A DNA stretch of 64,000 nucleotides from Oikopleura dioica (GCA_907165135.1 OU015568.1:8618001-8682000); one strand, 5' to 3'. Positions 13,195 through 26,559 are shown, counted from the first letter of the stretch. Notes: generated by a model not told the origin, from the sequence alone. Translations and numbers: made by a program.

Positions 13195-14403
13195 ATGAAA
13201 CTTTCCGGACTTCTCATCCCACTCGCCAATCCCTGCAGCGCTTTTCCCAGCGGAAATCCACTTTTCGCCGAAGTAGAAGCCGTAAAACAAAGAGTTACCG
13301 ACATCTCTAGTTATCTTCTTTCAAACACAGATTTCTCCAAAAACATCGCCGTATCGCCAGTAAATATTTTCAGTGCAATCAAAGTTCTCCAGAAATCAAC
13401 TTCTGGTCCAGCACGAGAAGAGCTCGAGGAAGCATTTGGAAACGAAGATGCTCAGCGGTTTGAAAATCAAATCACCAAATACGCTGGAGACTTGTATGAG
13501 CTGGGAATGGCAAATAAAATCTTCTACCGACCGATCAATGGTTCAGAACCTTCCACAGAAATTGGGCAAATATCTGAAACATTCGATTTCAAAAATCCTC
13601 TTCAAAATCCATCCAAGATCAATGATTTCATTGACGAACAAACAAAAGGAAAGATTCCACAAGCTTTTCCAAAGCCAATCGACCCTGATACATTCTTCCT
13701 GCTCATTTCTACCCTTTACTTCAAAGCAAGCTGGACTTCTTCCTTCAGTCCAACCACCATTTGTTGGAAAATGAACGAGGGACCATGCGAGGAGCGAGAT
13801 GGATTCGTCGGGACCGACCACTTCAACATGTTCTACGATTGGGATGCGAAGAAACCATTCAGAGTGCTTGACCTTCCCCTTGCTTTGCTAAAAGATGATG
13901 ACAGATTCGCTCCTGACCAGAAAACCTTCTCGGCTCTTCAAATCTGGATGCCGGACAAAGTTCTTCAGACCGAAAGCGACCACAAAGAGTTTCTCGAGCT
14001 AATGAACAGAGAAAGCCAATCAGTTGTGAAGAAGATGAGATTGGGCCGCGCCAGATTGTTCATGCCAAAATTTTCGATTTCGACCGAGCTTGAATTGAAA
14101 ACCATGCTTTACGATAAGAACTGCACTTCGATCATGAACCCCGGTCAACATTTGGAGCCAATTTATGGCGATAACGACCCAACTACATCTTTGAACGAAG
14201 CGAAGCACATTGTCCAATTCGACGTCGATGAAAACGGAGTTGAAGGAGCTGCTGTTACCGCATTCTCAATGATGTACCGATCTTTCCCGATGCCAGTCAA
14301 AATTGACCGACCATTCTACTTCCGCCTCATTCTCAAAACCGAGGACGCCAATTTGCCTGAATATGGCGCCCCAATTTTCTCCGGAAGAGTCGTCAATCCT
14401 TAG
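13195..14403 (+). CDS. Serpin (secreted serine protease inhibitor), single exon, 402 aa
   Basis: N-terminal signal-like segment, NIAVSP, LYFKASW, hinge/reactive loop ENGVEGAAVTAFSMMYRSFP and C-terminal KIDRPFYF. Confidence 0.93.
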   Translation: MKLSGLLIPLANPCSAFPSGNPLFAEVEAVKQRVTDISSYLLSNTDFSKNIAVSPVNIFSAIKVLQKSTSGPAREELEEAFGNEDAQRFENQITKYAGDLYELGMANKIFYRPINGSEPSTEIGQISETFDFKNPLQNPSKINDFIDEQTKGKIPQAFPKPIDPDTFFLLISTLYFKASWTSSFSPTTICWKMNEGPCEERDGFVGTDHFNMFYDWDAKKPFRVLDLPLALLKDDDRFAPDQKTFSALQIWMPDKVLQTESDHKEFLELMNRESQSVVKKMRLGRARLFMPKFSISTELELKTMLYDKNCTSIMNPGQHLEPIYGDNDPTTSLNEAKHIVQFDVDENGVEGAAVTAFSMMYRSFPMPVKIDRPFYFRLILKTEDANLPEYGAPIFSGRVVNP

Positions 14404-14604
14404 TCTAAGGACCTTAGATTAGCCTCCAATTCTCCAATTTTACTCGGAAGAGTCGATGATCTCCTAATTATTCCTTCAAAAAATGAAATCTTCCTCTAAA
14501 TGCCTGCCCACTGAATAAAAAATTGAACAAAATGTTGATTTTTGTTATGAAAATATATTTTAGCATGTAAACAGATATTTATATTATAAAAAGCGGTTAA
14601 TTAG

Positions 14605-15794
14605 CTAATTGAGCTGGTGGTTCTTCGAGAGGAGGGCGTCTTTGATCAGCGCTTTTTCGGGTGGAGAGAGCTTCTCGGGGAAGATGATGTCGAACTCGAT
14701 AATGAGGTTGCCGGTTTTGCCGTCCTCGCCCGTGATTGGCATTCCTTCGCCGAAGACTGTCTTTGTATACGTCTGGTGAACTAGAAGAAGGATAGATACG
14801 TCGATTTATGGCAAGACTTACCGATATCATTTATAGGGATAGTGAGTAGTCGACCGTCAAGAGTGGCAACTTCCACGGCGCATCCGACAAGTGCCTGGCC
14901 AAGTGGAATCTTCGCTTTATAGACCAAGTCGTCTCCTCGTCGCTGGAAAAGAGCATGTTCTCGTTCTCTCAGAATGTAAACTGAAAAATTGATGCTATTA
15001 TATCTTGGAGGAAGAACGTACCCATATCAGCAGGAATAGTATTTGGTCCTTGATCTCCTTCTTCTTTGAAAGTGACTCTGGTTCCAGCTTTCCAGCCGCG
15101 CTTGACTCTGATTGAAAGAATTTTGTCGCGTACAGATGATGTGTGTCCATCCTAAACGAATTCAGCGTATAATTCGACTTGTGGTCCCTTACCTCATTCA
15201 TCACGTGTCTCGATATTTTCATTTTCTTATCGCAGCCGAGGTAAAGTTCCTCTAGCGTCAGATAAAGCTCGCGTTTAATTGCTGGATCTTGAATTTTTCC
15301 ACCGAAAGTTCCTTTTTTAGCATCGGGCACCTGAAATTTTAGGAATGAATGAACAGAAAACTAAAGATAGACTTACGGCAAAATCGGCGAAAGGGTTGTC
15401 AGTGCCGAAAAACGCCTTGAAGACCTTGTTAGCATCACCGTGGAAGATGTATCCTTTCGACCAGCCACCATTTGACTAGAAATGATTCAGGGGAGCTCTA
15501 AAACTGAGGAAATTACCTGTGGGAGTCCCTTTTTCAAGCCTTCTTCGCCAAACTGATCAAAAATAGCTCTCAAATCTTGCTGTCTCAATACTTCGTATGC
15601 CTCTGCCACTCGAGCGAATAATTCTAGCAAAAGATCAGCAACGAACATTTATTTCGATAATTACCGTCTTGGCTCTTTCCATCTTTGTTCTTGTCCGGGT
15701 GAAGCTTTAGCGCCAATCTGCGGTACGCCGAGTGAATGTCCGAGAGTTGCGCGGAACGCGGCACATTTAAAATTGCGTAGTAATCGAGGCCCAT
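14605..15794 (-). CDS. DNAJB13: DnaJ homolog subfamily B member 13-like (radial-spoke HSP40)
   Basis: J-domain MGLDYYAIL...LKLHPDK...[10 protein letters not shown]. The C-terminal domain has [25 protein letters not shown]|[12 protein letters not shown]...[11 protein letters not shown] and GEGMP...[11 protein letters not shown]. Confidence 0.85.
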
Positions 15795-16152
15795 TTTTTT
15801 CGTAAACTGATTATCTGATTCTCTGCTGCTTTATTTTCAGGAAAATAAGGGATGTTCTAGAGATTGCTTTGCGAAAATTAAAAAAATTCACAAAAACGCG
15901 TTTTGTTTGGTATCTTAGTAAGTCTTTTTGTGTTGCTAGGGAGAATGAGCGCGATCTGCGCACACTGCCTTCGATTTTTTTCTTTGATTAATTGAGAATT
16001 TTGAATAAGGGAAAGGTTTTCAGCGAAAACTCTTCTTTGACTTTGTTTTGAAGGTCGAATAATTTATTAATAGTTTATCCTTATTTGAGAATGAAGTAAA
16101 TATGACGTAGAACTTTTTATGAACAGTTTTTGAATGAGAATGAATTTTGTTT

Positions 16153-19100
16153 TTATTTCCACAATTTTATGCAGCCATCGCGGGAAGCTGATGCCAGAAG
16201 TTTGTCGCCCGTTTGACTCTGAACATATGATGAGATCTTGATGATAGACTTTCTTTACCTTTGAAATGTACTGTAATGAAGAAATGACATCCCAGTGACC
16301 CGGTGGTGGACCGATCAGTCCCCAGTCTGATTCTTCTAGCGCTACTTGGACGATGTTATCCCTGTTTTCTTCTATCAGTTCGATTCCTTCGAGCTTTCTC
16401 TCGGAATATGTGACATCGTAGCGATGGCCCTCCGCTTGAGAACTGGCCGAATTAACCACCATTCTTGATTTCTTGGCATCGGCAAGATTCCACCCACGAA
16501 TTCGCATATCACTACCACCGGTGAAAAGAACCCCGCCGCTTGGAGAAAAGACCATGGAAGTTGCAGAGTAACCGCTGTGCACTGTAGTGGTTAAAGGAGG
16601 GATACCCTAAATGGAATTCTGTAGACATGATACTTCTGTAGCTTATTACCTTGGCGGACCAAAATGCTTTTTGCCTGAATCCAGAGTTCAAGCTCCAAAT
16701 GCCGACATCGTTATTCATATCGATGCTAATAGCCACTTCACACTGTGTCCCAGGTACTGGAAGAATCTTCTGAATCTTCCTCTCTGCCGCTTGAAAGTTG
16801 ATCACTCTCAGTTGATACCTCAAGTCCCACACAACGACAGATCCTCGAGCAGTCGCTGCAGCAAGCCATTGTTGTCGCTTATCGGAACAAATTGAAGTCA
16901 AGCCACCAAGACGCACGTCATGTTCGAGCTCGTACGACTGAGATACTGTATGTTTACTCCTCGGGTCGAGCGACAAGATCTGTCCGGCAGAGGTGGCCGC
17001 AAAAATCTGCCCCTTGTCCGATTGCGTCGTGCAAAGATCAGTGACGATTCCATATTTCGCGTCAATGACTTTATTCCATAGAGGAGTCTTGAACATTTCA
17101 ATGTCTGAGTAGCAAATACTGCCGGTCGATAAAGAGTCTGGCTTTTCTTTCTGCGCGACTATGGCGATTTTAGAATTGTCGCAAAATTGGACTCTTTTGA
17201 TCGCCATTTCGGAGTCCGGGCGCCACTGGTTCTTCGATTTCAACGCTTCAGAAGGATTGGAATAATTCCAGAATTGATCGATCGACCACGTTTTTACAAA
17301 GCCGTCGTTTCCAGCTGAACACATGAATGAACACTTTGGATTGACAGTGATTTCGTTAATGGAGCCGGTATGCTCCTGGATGTGCCCAACAAGACGACCT
17401 TGTGGAAGCCACTGGTCGTTTGAACTTCCATCAAAACCGTCGAAATTCTCGTCAGAAACGTCCAATAGATCTTCCTCAAACTGATCTCTGATTTCCTTTC
17501 GCTTCTCGTACACGATTTCTCGTAGAGCAATCTTCGAGTTCGAATAGCGTTTAATCACTTTTGTGCCTTCTTTCTTTATTTCTTCCTTCTTTGGCAAGTT
17601 ATGTTCGAAGTAAGAGGTTGCCCAGAGGATTTTCTTGTCGAGGACGTTCTTTTCTTTCTCATTTTTACTCAGCTCGACTTTCAAATGGGCGACATTTCTG
17701 ATCTTCCCGGAGCCCATGCTTCGAGATGGTCTTCGTTGTCGCTCTCCTTCGACTTCGTCCAGATAAATGACGCCAGAAGTCGTTTTCATCGGCGTTCGAG
17801 CTTGATTTTTCAGGTGACGGGTTTCGAGCAAGGTTGACATAAGTTCAAGCGCTTCTCGATCAGTCCCTGTCATCGGAATCTGATTCAATCGGCTGAGGAG
17901 ACTTGCGAATTTTCTTCTCTTTTGACCGAGTTCCCAGGAGCTCGAAGAGTTCGATGTGTCCTTGAGAAATTCATCCAGAGCTTCGGAATTGACGAGATCT
18001 TCCAGCTCATCTAGCTCGTGATGAGGATAGTCTCTTAGAAGCTTTATCAACTCTCTTGAGAATGAACTGGATATTATTTGCTCGTAAACAAGTCTTGATA
18101 GAGGTGGACGAAGGAACGTCAAGAACGTCTGAAGGGAATTCAACGCTGCGTGATTTTTCTTTTTCAAAAACTTCGAAATGACTGGAACCAGTTTAACCAT
18201 CTTCTCTGCTGTATTCATAATCTGACCAAGAGTGACGAAGAATCGGGCAGCTGTGAGCATAATTGCCGAGTTTGGATGAAGAAGAAAAGGAGTCACGCGA
18301 TGAGCAACATCAAGAGTAAGGCTTTTCGACATGAGTCCAGCTTCTACCAAACAGGTGAAGCATTTCAAAGCGGCGAGGATGACTGGATCTTCGGAATCGG
18401 TGAGGCCTTCTTGAATCGGCCCACGGAGAACGTCGACTAAATCGCCGGAGAGTCCGATCGACTATTTCAGGTTTGATTTTTTATTCAATTTATCTTTTTT
18501 GAAATGTAATTAAACCTTTTCCTTCAATACTTTTGGCAGAGAATTGTACATTTCCGCTCTGAGCATCCAGGAATGATTTTTATTCAAATAGGTAATCATG
18601 TGCTTCAAAATTGTATCTCCGATATTCGTTGCGCCCAACACTTCGGCAAGCTCTATCACCGAACTGTGAAGGAACTCCCGGTTGATTTCGGCGGAATCGT
18701 CCGTCATGACATTTGTAACGCAATCGTTGATGACGGTTCTTACGGTTTCAGAGACATGATCATCTTCGCATCGCTTCGAGAGAAGGTAGCAAAAGCGGCC
18801 AAACGTTCCGATGTATTTTGCATAAACACGCTTCACATGAAACATGTCATCGTTGGCGAGATCTTTCAAGTCCTAAAATTATTTTTTGAGGTTCAGAAGT
18901 TGACTTTTTTAGTTACCTTCAATAAATATTCTGCGTTTTGTTCGCAAATTTGTTCACTCAGTCCGGCAGTATCCAAGTTCAAAACTATCTGATGCAAGGC
19001 AGTCAAAGAAGCAGCTCTCAATCTCGAGTCGCTTTCTCTTGTAAATTTCAATAGAGTTGGCATGATTCTCTCCAAAACAATCACACAGTCGAGTTTCGTC

Positions 19101-20351
19101 GACATTTGCACCAGAATATCGAATCCATCGAACCAAGACTGGTGAAAATCACAGCTGCGGATGGCGGAAAGGATGAGATTGAGAGGGATGACGAGTGTTT
19201 CCCGGGAAAGCTTTGAGAGAAAATCTTTCAGGTCGGTTTTCAGGCGGCGAATGACATCGTCTCCTCGCGTTCCTAGAATTCTTTCGTGCTTGAGGATTGA
19301 GATAAAGTTTACCTTTTGACTGATGTTTCTCCCTGTCTTTATAGGCCGTCATTTTCTTGAACAAGAATCCATTAAAACTGGCGGGAAAGATGTCTGAAAA
19401 CAACAAATCCTGCGCTGTTGGTCGATCATTTGGGCATCTCTTGATCATCGACTGGACCATCTCCCTGTAGCCATCTGGGATGTTTGATAGATTCGGCGCT
19501 TTTCCTTCCACAAATGAAAGGAGATCCCCGTATGAAAAGAGGGGATTCCCGTCTTGGAAGATTTCAGCAATGATGCAACCAGCAGAAAAGATGTCCATTT
19601 CAGCGGTTATCTCGTTTCTAATTAATTGATGCGATAGTTTCAATCGGAAATTCAAACCTTTCAGAACACGCATTGTCTTTTGTTAAAAACCTCTCCGGTG
19701 CTAGACACGCTGCTCTTCTTCTCGAGGTGTCGAAAAAGTAAGTGAAGTCGGCTGGATTATCTACAGGCAAGTTACAAGGCTTGAAATGGGCAAAGTCCGC
19801 CAAAACAAGCCAGTCGTCTTGGGTCAGTAGAACATTTTCGCACTTCAAATCGCCGTGAACGATGTTTTTCGAGTGGATATTCGCGAGAGCGTTTATCAGC
19901 TGATACGTGATCCAACTTTTTTCTTCCATCGTCAGAAATGGTCGCATGGAGAGACGATCGTAGAGCGATCGAGACATATGCTTGAAATTTTTGATGAAAA
20001 ATCGAAATCTGATTTTCTTACCTGTCTGATGAGAAACCCAACATGTTCCGTTGAAAGCACCAGTGCCCACGGCAAGCAGTTAGTAAACTCGTCGAGCTCT
20101 TTGGCCACTTCTCTGATCTTCTCTCCATATTGTTCCAGGTCGACATCTTGTTTCTCTGGCGCGACGAATATCTTTACTACGATTTCTCTCTCCACCTCGT
20201 GCTCAAGCTTCGCAACTTTCATAAATCGGGTCGAGCCCATGTGACTCTTGATTGAGCATTTCGACCAAATCACATTTGGAAGGTAGTGTTGGAGATAATG
20301 CTCGATCGGTTGAGTTTGGGAAGGAGAAAGGCCCGTTAGTTGATTTCCCAT
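16153..20351 (-). CDS. PIK3R4: PI3K regulatory subunit 4 / Vps15 (kinase-like domain, HEAT repeats, WD40)
   Basis: MGNQLTG myristoylation start, HMGSTRFMKVAK, HGDLKCENVLLT, DFAHFKP...DFTYFFDTSRRRAACLAPERF, MDIFSAGC, PQGRLVGHIQEH, and C-terminus LLASASRDGCIKLWK*. Confidence 0.93.
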
Positions 20352-20431
20352 TTTTTTACAAAAGATTCAATTTCATTATCTAAAGAATGCAAAGTGAAAG
20401 AAATAATTAAGAATAAAATTGTATTGCAAAG

Positions 20432-20897
20432 TTATCGAACAAATTTAAAAATGTCAATGTCATCGCATCGCAGTTCTTTTGGAACATTTTCTTTTTCGAT
20501 CGACATTTTGAAGCCTGCGTTTTTCATTTTCTGGAAGAATTCTTTCACCAGCGGGACCTTTTCTGGCCGATACTCCATGGACATGAAGATCTCGCAGTTT
20601 TCTTTGGCAAGCGATTCTAGTGTCAAAAACAGCCAATTCACAGCAGCTAAATATGAGTCAGTTATAGTTAAAATACGAGTCCTTACGTTCATAGTAAATG
20701 CAATCGGACAAGATAATCATATCGAAAGGAAGCTCGAGTTTCTTGCTCACTTCAGCTGGGGTTTCCTGCTTCTCATTTTCGTCAAAATATCGCCAGTCAA
20801 GACAGAAAGCGTAGACGGGCGAAGACTTTATGAGTTCCTTATTCTGCTCAATATTTTTCTCAATCAAAGAAAAAAGAGCAAGGGATGAGACACATGT
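20432..20897 (-). pseudogene. C-terminal half of a METTL21/VCPKMT-like lysine methyltransferase, with no in-frame start
   Basis: Encodes LIEKNIEQN...LDW...PFDMIILSDCIYYE|...EYRPEK...ELRCDDIDIF. SAM motif I (ELGxGxG) and an in-frame ATG are absent between the acceptor at 20897 and the ELYS stop at 21020. Confidence 0.55.
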
Positions 20898-21019
20898 CTA
20901 GAAGAATCTGCGAAGTTCGCGAATTTCTTCAATAAGGATTTTTAAAGTGAATCTGTGATTATTTATTTCGAAGATTCAAAAGGCAGTGCTATGTAAAATG
21001 TGTTCTAAGTGAGCATAAA

Positions 21020-24000
21020 TTAGTTTTGTGAGCGGGAAGAGCCTCGTCGGGACCTTGAGCTTCGTCTCAGCGGCGTCTGAAGAATAAAAGCTAAAGGTTA
21101 ACAAACTTTGTTTTGCCTACCGTAGGTTCATTTGCAACGAGCTCACTGGTGACGGGTTGCGAGGCTGATTTTCGAGGTGCCTTGGCGGGCGATTGCGCAG
21201 CATCCTCGAGATCATCGACTGAACGCTTTCTTCCGCGCTTACTAGGGGTTCTGAAAGGCATTTGGTTAAATGAAATCAAGGAAGAGGACACTTACGAAAA
21301 CGAAAAGGGAATGGGCTCGACGTTTTCTTGGTCGCCGTCTTTCGGCTGGCTCTTGCTCAGAGCCCGTGGAGGGGAAAAGAGAGGCTCTTCGTTCTCAGGA
21401 ACGGGCTTGAGCGTGAGTGCTTTCGCAGCAGAAGGCTTTCTAGTCCGACGACTAGCACGAGAGCCAGTTGATTTTGTCGACTTGTTAGACCGAGCTGAGC
21501 CGACGGAACTGACAGAAGCATCCGATTCGTTTCCAGACATATCAGATTCAGACTTGTTTCTGATTCGTGAGGAGCGTCTTAGCGGCGTGTCAACTCTAAA
21601 AACAACGGTAATAAAAAAGAAATGATGGTTTTAAGAGTTACCTGGACGGCGGTGAGGACTTTGATTTCTTTGGAGTCGCCGCAGCCTTCTTTTGCTTTTC
21701 GACGGGCTTTGGAGTAGTTCCTCGCTTTCTCGAGCTAGTGCTTGCACGGCTTGATGATCTGCTACTTTGAGCTGCTCCAGGAGCGATTTCGGCCAGCCTG
21801 TCTTCGATGTGTTTTCGGATTTTCTTCTCATACGTCGCTAGAAGAAGAGTTACAAATCGAATCATAAAAACGCATGATTACCTCTGGTAGTTTTCGAAAC
21901 GACTGCCATCTTGTTGAAGAAAACTTTGTGAAGCTTTCGCAGATCTCCGGCTAAATGAAAGTTAGTTTTGAAAATCTCGGATGCGTTCTTACGTTCAGCG
22001 TCCTCAAGCTCGTTAAGTTTCTGAAGAAGTTCAGATTTCGTCAATGCCGATTGCTGATCAACAGGGTTGAAATAATCTTCATCGGCTTTAGTTAGTTCAG
22101 CGACTTCATCGTCAACCGCTTTTCCTTCTTCGTCAGGAGCGGGTAAGTCGTGACTTTCTTTCTCCGCAACTGTTTCTTCCTCTGGCATCTCCAAGACCGG
22201 CTCCAAAGCTGGCATCTCGCTATCAGGTACGATTTCATCCTCGTCACACGATGATTCTAGATACGTGACACCTTCAATTCCCGTTGACAACTTTTTCTTA
22301 CGTTTTACAGGCTCTTGTTGCACCACCGGCTCTTGAACCATTTCAACCTCGACGAAAGGCTCTTCTTCAGGGATGTCTGGCCGATCATTCTCTTTTCCGA
22401 CCACTTCGAATGACTCGACTTCTTTCTCAACGACTTCAGCTAGTTCTTGCTCAAAGTTTTGGCTCATATTTGCATATTTCTTATCGTTCGGTGGTGTGAC
22501 TGGCCCGGTTTGCTCTTCCTCCTCTTCGACCTTCTCAATTTCCGCCTCCGCGTCTTTCTTTTTCTCATTTTGGTCTTCCTTCATTTCTTCCACAACTTTC
22601 AAAGGCTGAGAAGCGCTCATGTGGACGGTATGTCGCCTCAGGAGCAGATGATCTTCTTGTGCCATGCTTTCGGTATCAGAAACAGTCATGCGATCACCAT
22701 CCATCGACGTATCTTTTCGTAATTCTGCTCCGACTCTTTCGACATCCGGGTTCTACAACAAATATGTTAGAAAAGAATCAAATCAAAATTCGTCCTACCT
22801 TGACCATCTCTGGAATGGCGATAATTGATGGATTCTCTTCCAAATCTGAGTCAGTCGGACCCTTTTGAATTTGATCCAGCACTTCGGCTTCTTCCGATTC
22901 CGAGCCATTCTCAGCAGCTTTTTCTTGCGATTCTTGCTTTTCTTGATGCTGGTTCACGCTAGAGACGTCGATGGTTACAGCACCAGTAGTTCCATTGGAA
23001 CTTCTCGAAGATTCATCCTGAACAGCGACCGTTTCAGATTTGTTAGAGTTGACACTGTCAGGTCGGAGCATCGACACATCGGGTGTATCGTAGACAGAAG
23101 CGTTGTTCTGATCAATCTCCTTGTCAAGAGATGTTTGAAGAACACCTTCGTCTTCGCTTTCGTCGATAATTTCAATCGGAGCCTTCTCTTGCGAGTGGGA
23201 ATCGGGGAAGATGCAGCCAGACTGGTGAGAGTCAGTTCCCTCTGTCGAGATATTTGATTCAACTGCTTTTTCGACAGCTGATTCAGAAGACGTACTGGCC
23301 ATAGAAACATCAAGACCGGAGCATTCCATTGAAGATTCTGACTTGAATCGTATTGGACGGACTCGATCCTCGCGCTCGGATTTCTGAGAGTTGGTCAGAG
23401 AGCTCTGAACTGGCTTTGGAGGCAAAGTGAGTTGCTCGTATGAATTCGGCTCTTGAATCAGGTTTTTCATTTGCAATACACTGGGCGACGAAAAGAGGGC
23501 CTGTGCGATGTCGTCTTTTTCCTGGAAGATCGATGAGTTTCTTCGATCGCGCATCATGGGGCTGAAATATGCCTTGGTGGGAGTTTGGAGTCTTTTTCTT
23601 GAGAGCGGGTGGGGCGTTCCTTTGAGAGTAGGCTTTACTGGCATCGGCGATGAAAAGCTGAGAAGCTTTCTATACAAAGAAGTCGACTGATCATCTGGAG
23701 ATCCTTGAAAAACAAGCTGCTGTTCTTCGTAAGAGAGCTGGCAGCTGAATAGTTCTCTGAGAAGTCCCTGTGCTCGGGCATGTTTGACCATGTAAATGAA
23801 GGCGTTTTCCCAGTCCAGTGAAGGATCCTCGGCTCTCGTTTGTTGAATACATCGGACGCATTCGAAAACAAGTTTGTTCGCCAAGTAAATGTCGATCCTT
23901 AGGTAGGTGATCTCAAGCAGTTCCGCTGAGGAGCTCCATTCTGGCGTGTGAATTGAAGAGATCGCAAAGGCTTCTTTGACGTGGTCATTTTCGAGCAAAA

Positions 24001-26559
24001 TCGAGCAAATGCGCGTCCAGTGGTGAGTGAAGACAATTGGCTCGGCTAACCCGCTGTTGAAAGAGTTCACGGCCTCTTTGTAGTAGCCATTATCTAAGAA
24101 CCAGCAGGCCTGAATGTATTTGACGAGTTTACGATTCATGCCGAGTGCGTTGAGCACCGCAAAGATTTGATCTTCCACCGGCGCTTCATTCTTGGTCAGA
24201 TCATTTGTCCGCAGGATATCAAGAATCGCGTAGCACAGAAGTGATCCAGTGATGACAGGACGCACGTCAATGTTTAAAATCAGGTCGATGATGCACTTCA
24301 GCGACTGCGGAGGGTACTGCATCGCTTTATTCCAAGTCTCCAACTCACAATGAGCCACTTTTTCAACCATTTTGACGACCAAATCGATCATTAGCGCGTC
24401 TTCTTTGCCGTTTCGATGTCTGCCGTAAATGTTCCTGATGCATTCGTAGTTCCAGCCGAAGTTGGAGCGATCCTCAGTTTCGGGCAACATAGAGCTTTTC
24501 ACGAGAAAAGCGAGGACATCTGCATACTTTTGATTGATTTGGCAACCTCGTGTCAAATAATCTTCAGCGTTCGAAATCGTCAAGTAGAATCGATGAAGAT
24601 CGAAGAAAAGCTGCTCGATAACTTTTAGCTGCTTCCAAGTTTCTCGCCTGTTGAATCGTTGCTCAGTTCGCATTACAGGAACGTACAGTATCGCGATGAG
24701 CTTGTTGAATCGCTTCTTGATGCGCTTTATGTTCTCTTTGCCCCACAGATATGCCTTTGACTTTTCATTATCTGTTGCAGATTCGCCATAGAATTTAGTC
24801 AAGTCGTCAAGATGACCAAAATACAGCGCGCTGGTGAGGATACTGTCGACCTTTTCATCGTAAGACAAGTTCGTAATGGCGTCCATTATCGAATACGTAT
24901 CCTTGTAGCCTCCACTGATCTTTTTTACTTGATTCAGCGTCAGTCGCGCAAACTCAAGCTCTTTGTGAACCTCGTTAGCCGACTCCTCCATGTTTCCGAG
25001 CTTCTTGAGTAGCCTTAGCGCCGTGTTTTGCCGACTATGGACGATGTTCTCTTCGTAGAAATTGTCGATGATCGCGTCCAGTGTGAATGTTATGCTCTCA
25101 GGCTCCGTCGGATCCTCCACGTGGCATTCGGTCATCATCAGCGGCCCACCGCGGTCGGAGCACTCGAAATGTTTCAGAAACTTCGACTGGATTCTGATGT
25201 CCTCTGGCTTTTCAACCGAAATGTTGAGAATTGAAAAGAATCGACGATCCCATTTCGACTTTGATCCCAAACTCGCAGGACAGCGCGCGTTGTAGTATCC
25301 ATTGAGCTCGAACATGTAAATGCGGAATTTGTCTTCCTCGACGCCGAAAAATACGTAGCTCTCGCTGGGAGTGGCATAAATATCTGCATCTTCCCAACTA
25401 TCGGAATCAGATGGATGCTCGTGGAAGTTTTCGACGGCAAAGGCGCTAGAGAAAATAATGTTAAAAACTATTTGAGACTCGAATCAAAGAAGAGAGAAAT
25501 CTATTCTTAGTAAGAATCACTTACCTTGTGAGTTTTCCCTGTTGCCAAAACGAGAATCTATGTCCGACGCTCACCAACTCATCGTAAAACATCCTCCTTT
25601 CCTTTTCTTCAATTTTCGTCGGATGCCGCCTTCGAAATTCCAACGCAAACATCTCTAGCTGCACCTGCTCGTCTAACTGCGAGCACTGCCACATGTAGCA
25701 CACTTTCTTCGGGTCGTTTCCAGGCTCTTGGATGATGATCCGATTGATGACGCCGTACTCTTCGTCTTCATTTGGACTCTCGTGGATCGACCTCATTTCT
25801 TTCAGCGCGTAAAAGCTCACAACTCCGTCCTCGTAGCCTATTAGCAGTAGTGACTGTTGGACAGCGACTGTGAGTGTGGAAATGGCCGCGTCTTGCGATC
25901 TACGATGGTTTCCCTCGAAGACAGCTGGGCAGGAGTCGGATTTGTAGAGATCGTTTCTTACTTCTGAAATGACGTCTACGTCCAGGTATTCCAAGTCTGT
26001 GAGCGCAGGAGACATACGATGATCTTCACCGATATTTAAATCGACAAAGAGGATGTTTCCAGAACTGGTTGCGAAAACAGCAAGTCCGTGGAAGTCGATC
26101 AGATCTGGATGAAGGGCAGCTTTGTGAGACAGCGTTGGGCGAAGGAAAACGGGGCGAATGTGAGTGACGGTTTCGGAGCTTATTTTGAATTTTCGGATCG
26201 CCGTCAACGATTTGTTCAATGAGAGCAGGTGCACTTCCCCACAGTGGTCGGTTTTTCTACTCTCGAAGGCGCAGAAGATGATTTTTTCATCTTCCCATGG
26301 CTCGATTACTAAGAATTTCTTAATAGAACAGTCTAGGAGTTTACACACCTGTTATCCTTCCTGGCAGTGTAATGGTTCTAAGACAGGAACCATTCTTTGA
26401 AAGAAACAGTCGCACTTTTGAATCCTCGTCATACTGGATCACATACTTCCCACATATGAAGCTCTTTTGATTTTTATCCGATTTCGATGTCGCGAGCGTG
26501 CACGACTTTAAATTTACAATGTCCGGCGTCCTACGCAATGTTGCATTGATAGCTTCCAT
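21020..26559 (-). CDS. AHCTF1: Nucleoporin ELYS/MEL-28-like protein
   Basis: N-terminal beta-propeller-like exons, a helical ELYS-type region (IQACWFLDNGYYKEAVNSF...HHWTRICSILL), a long acidic disordered region joined in frame across the 22755-22797 intron, and a basic C-terminus with PSKRGRKR ending GSSRSQN*. Confidence 0.72.
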
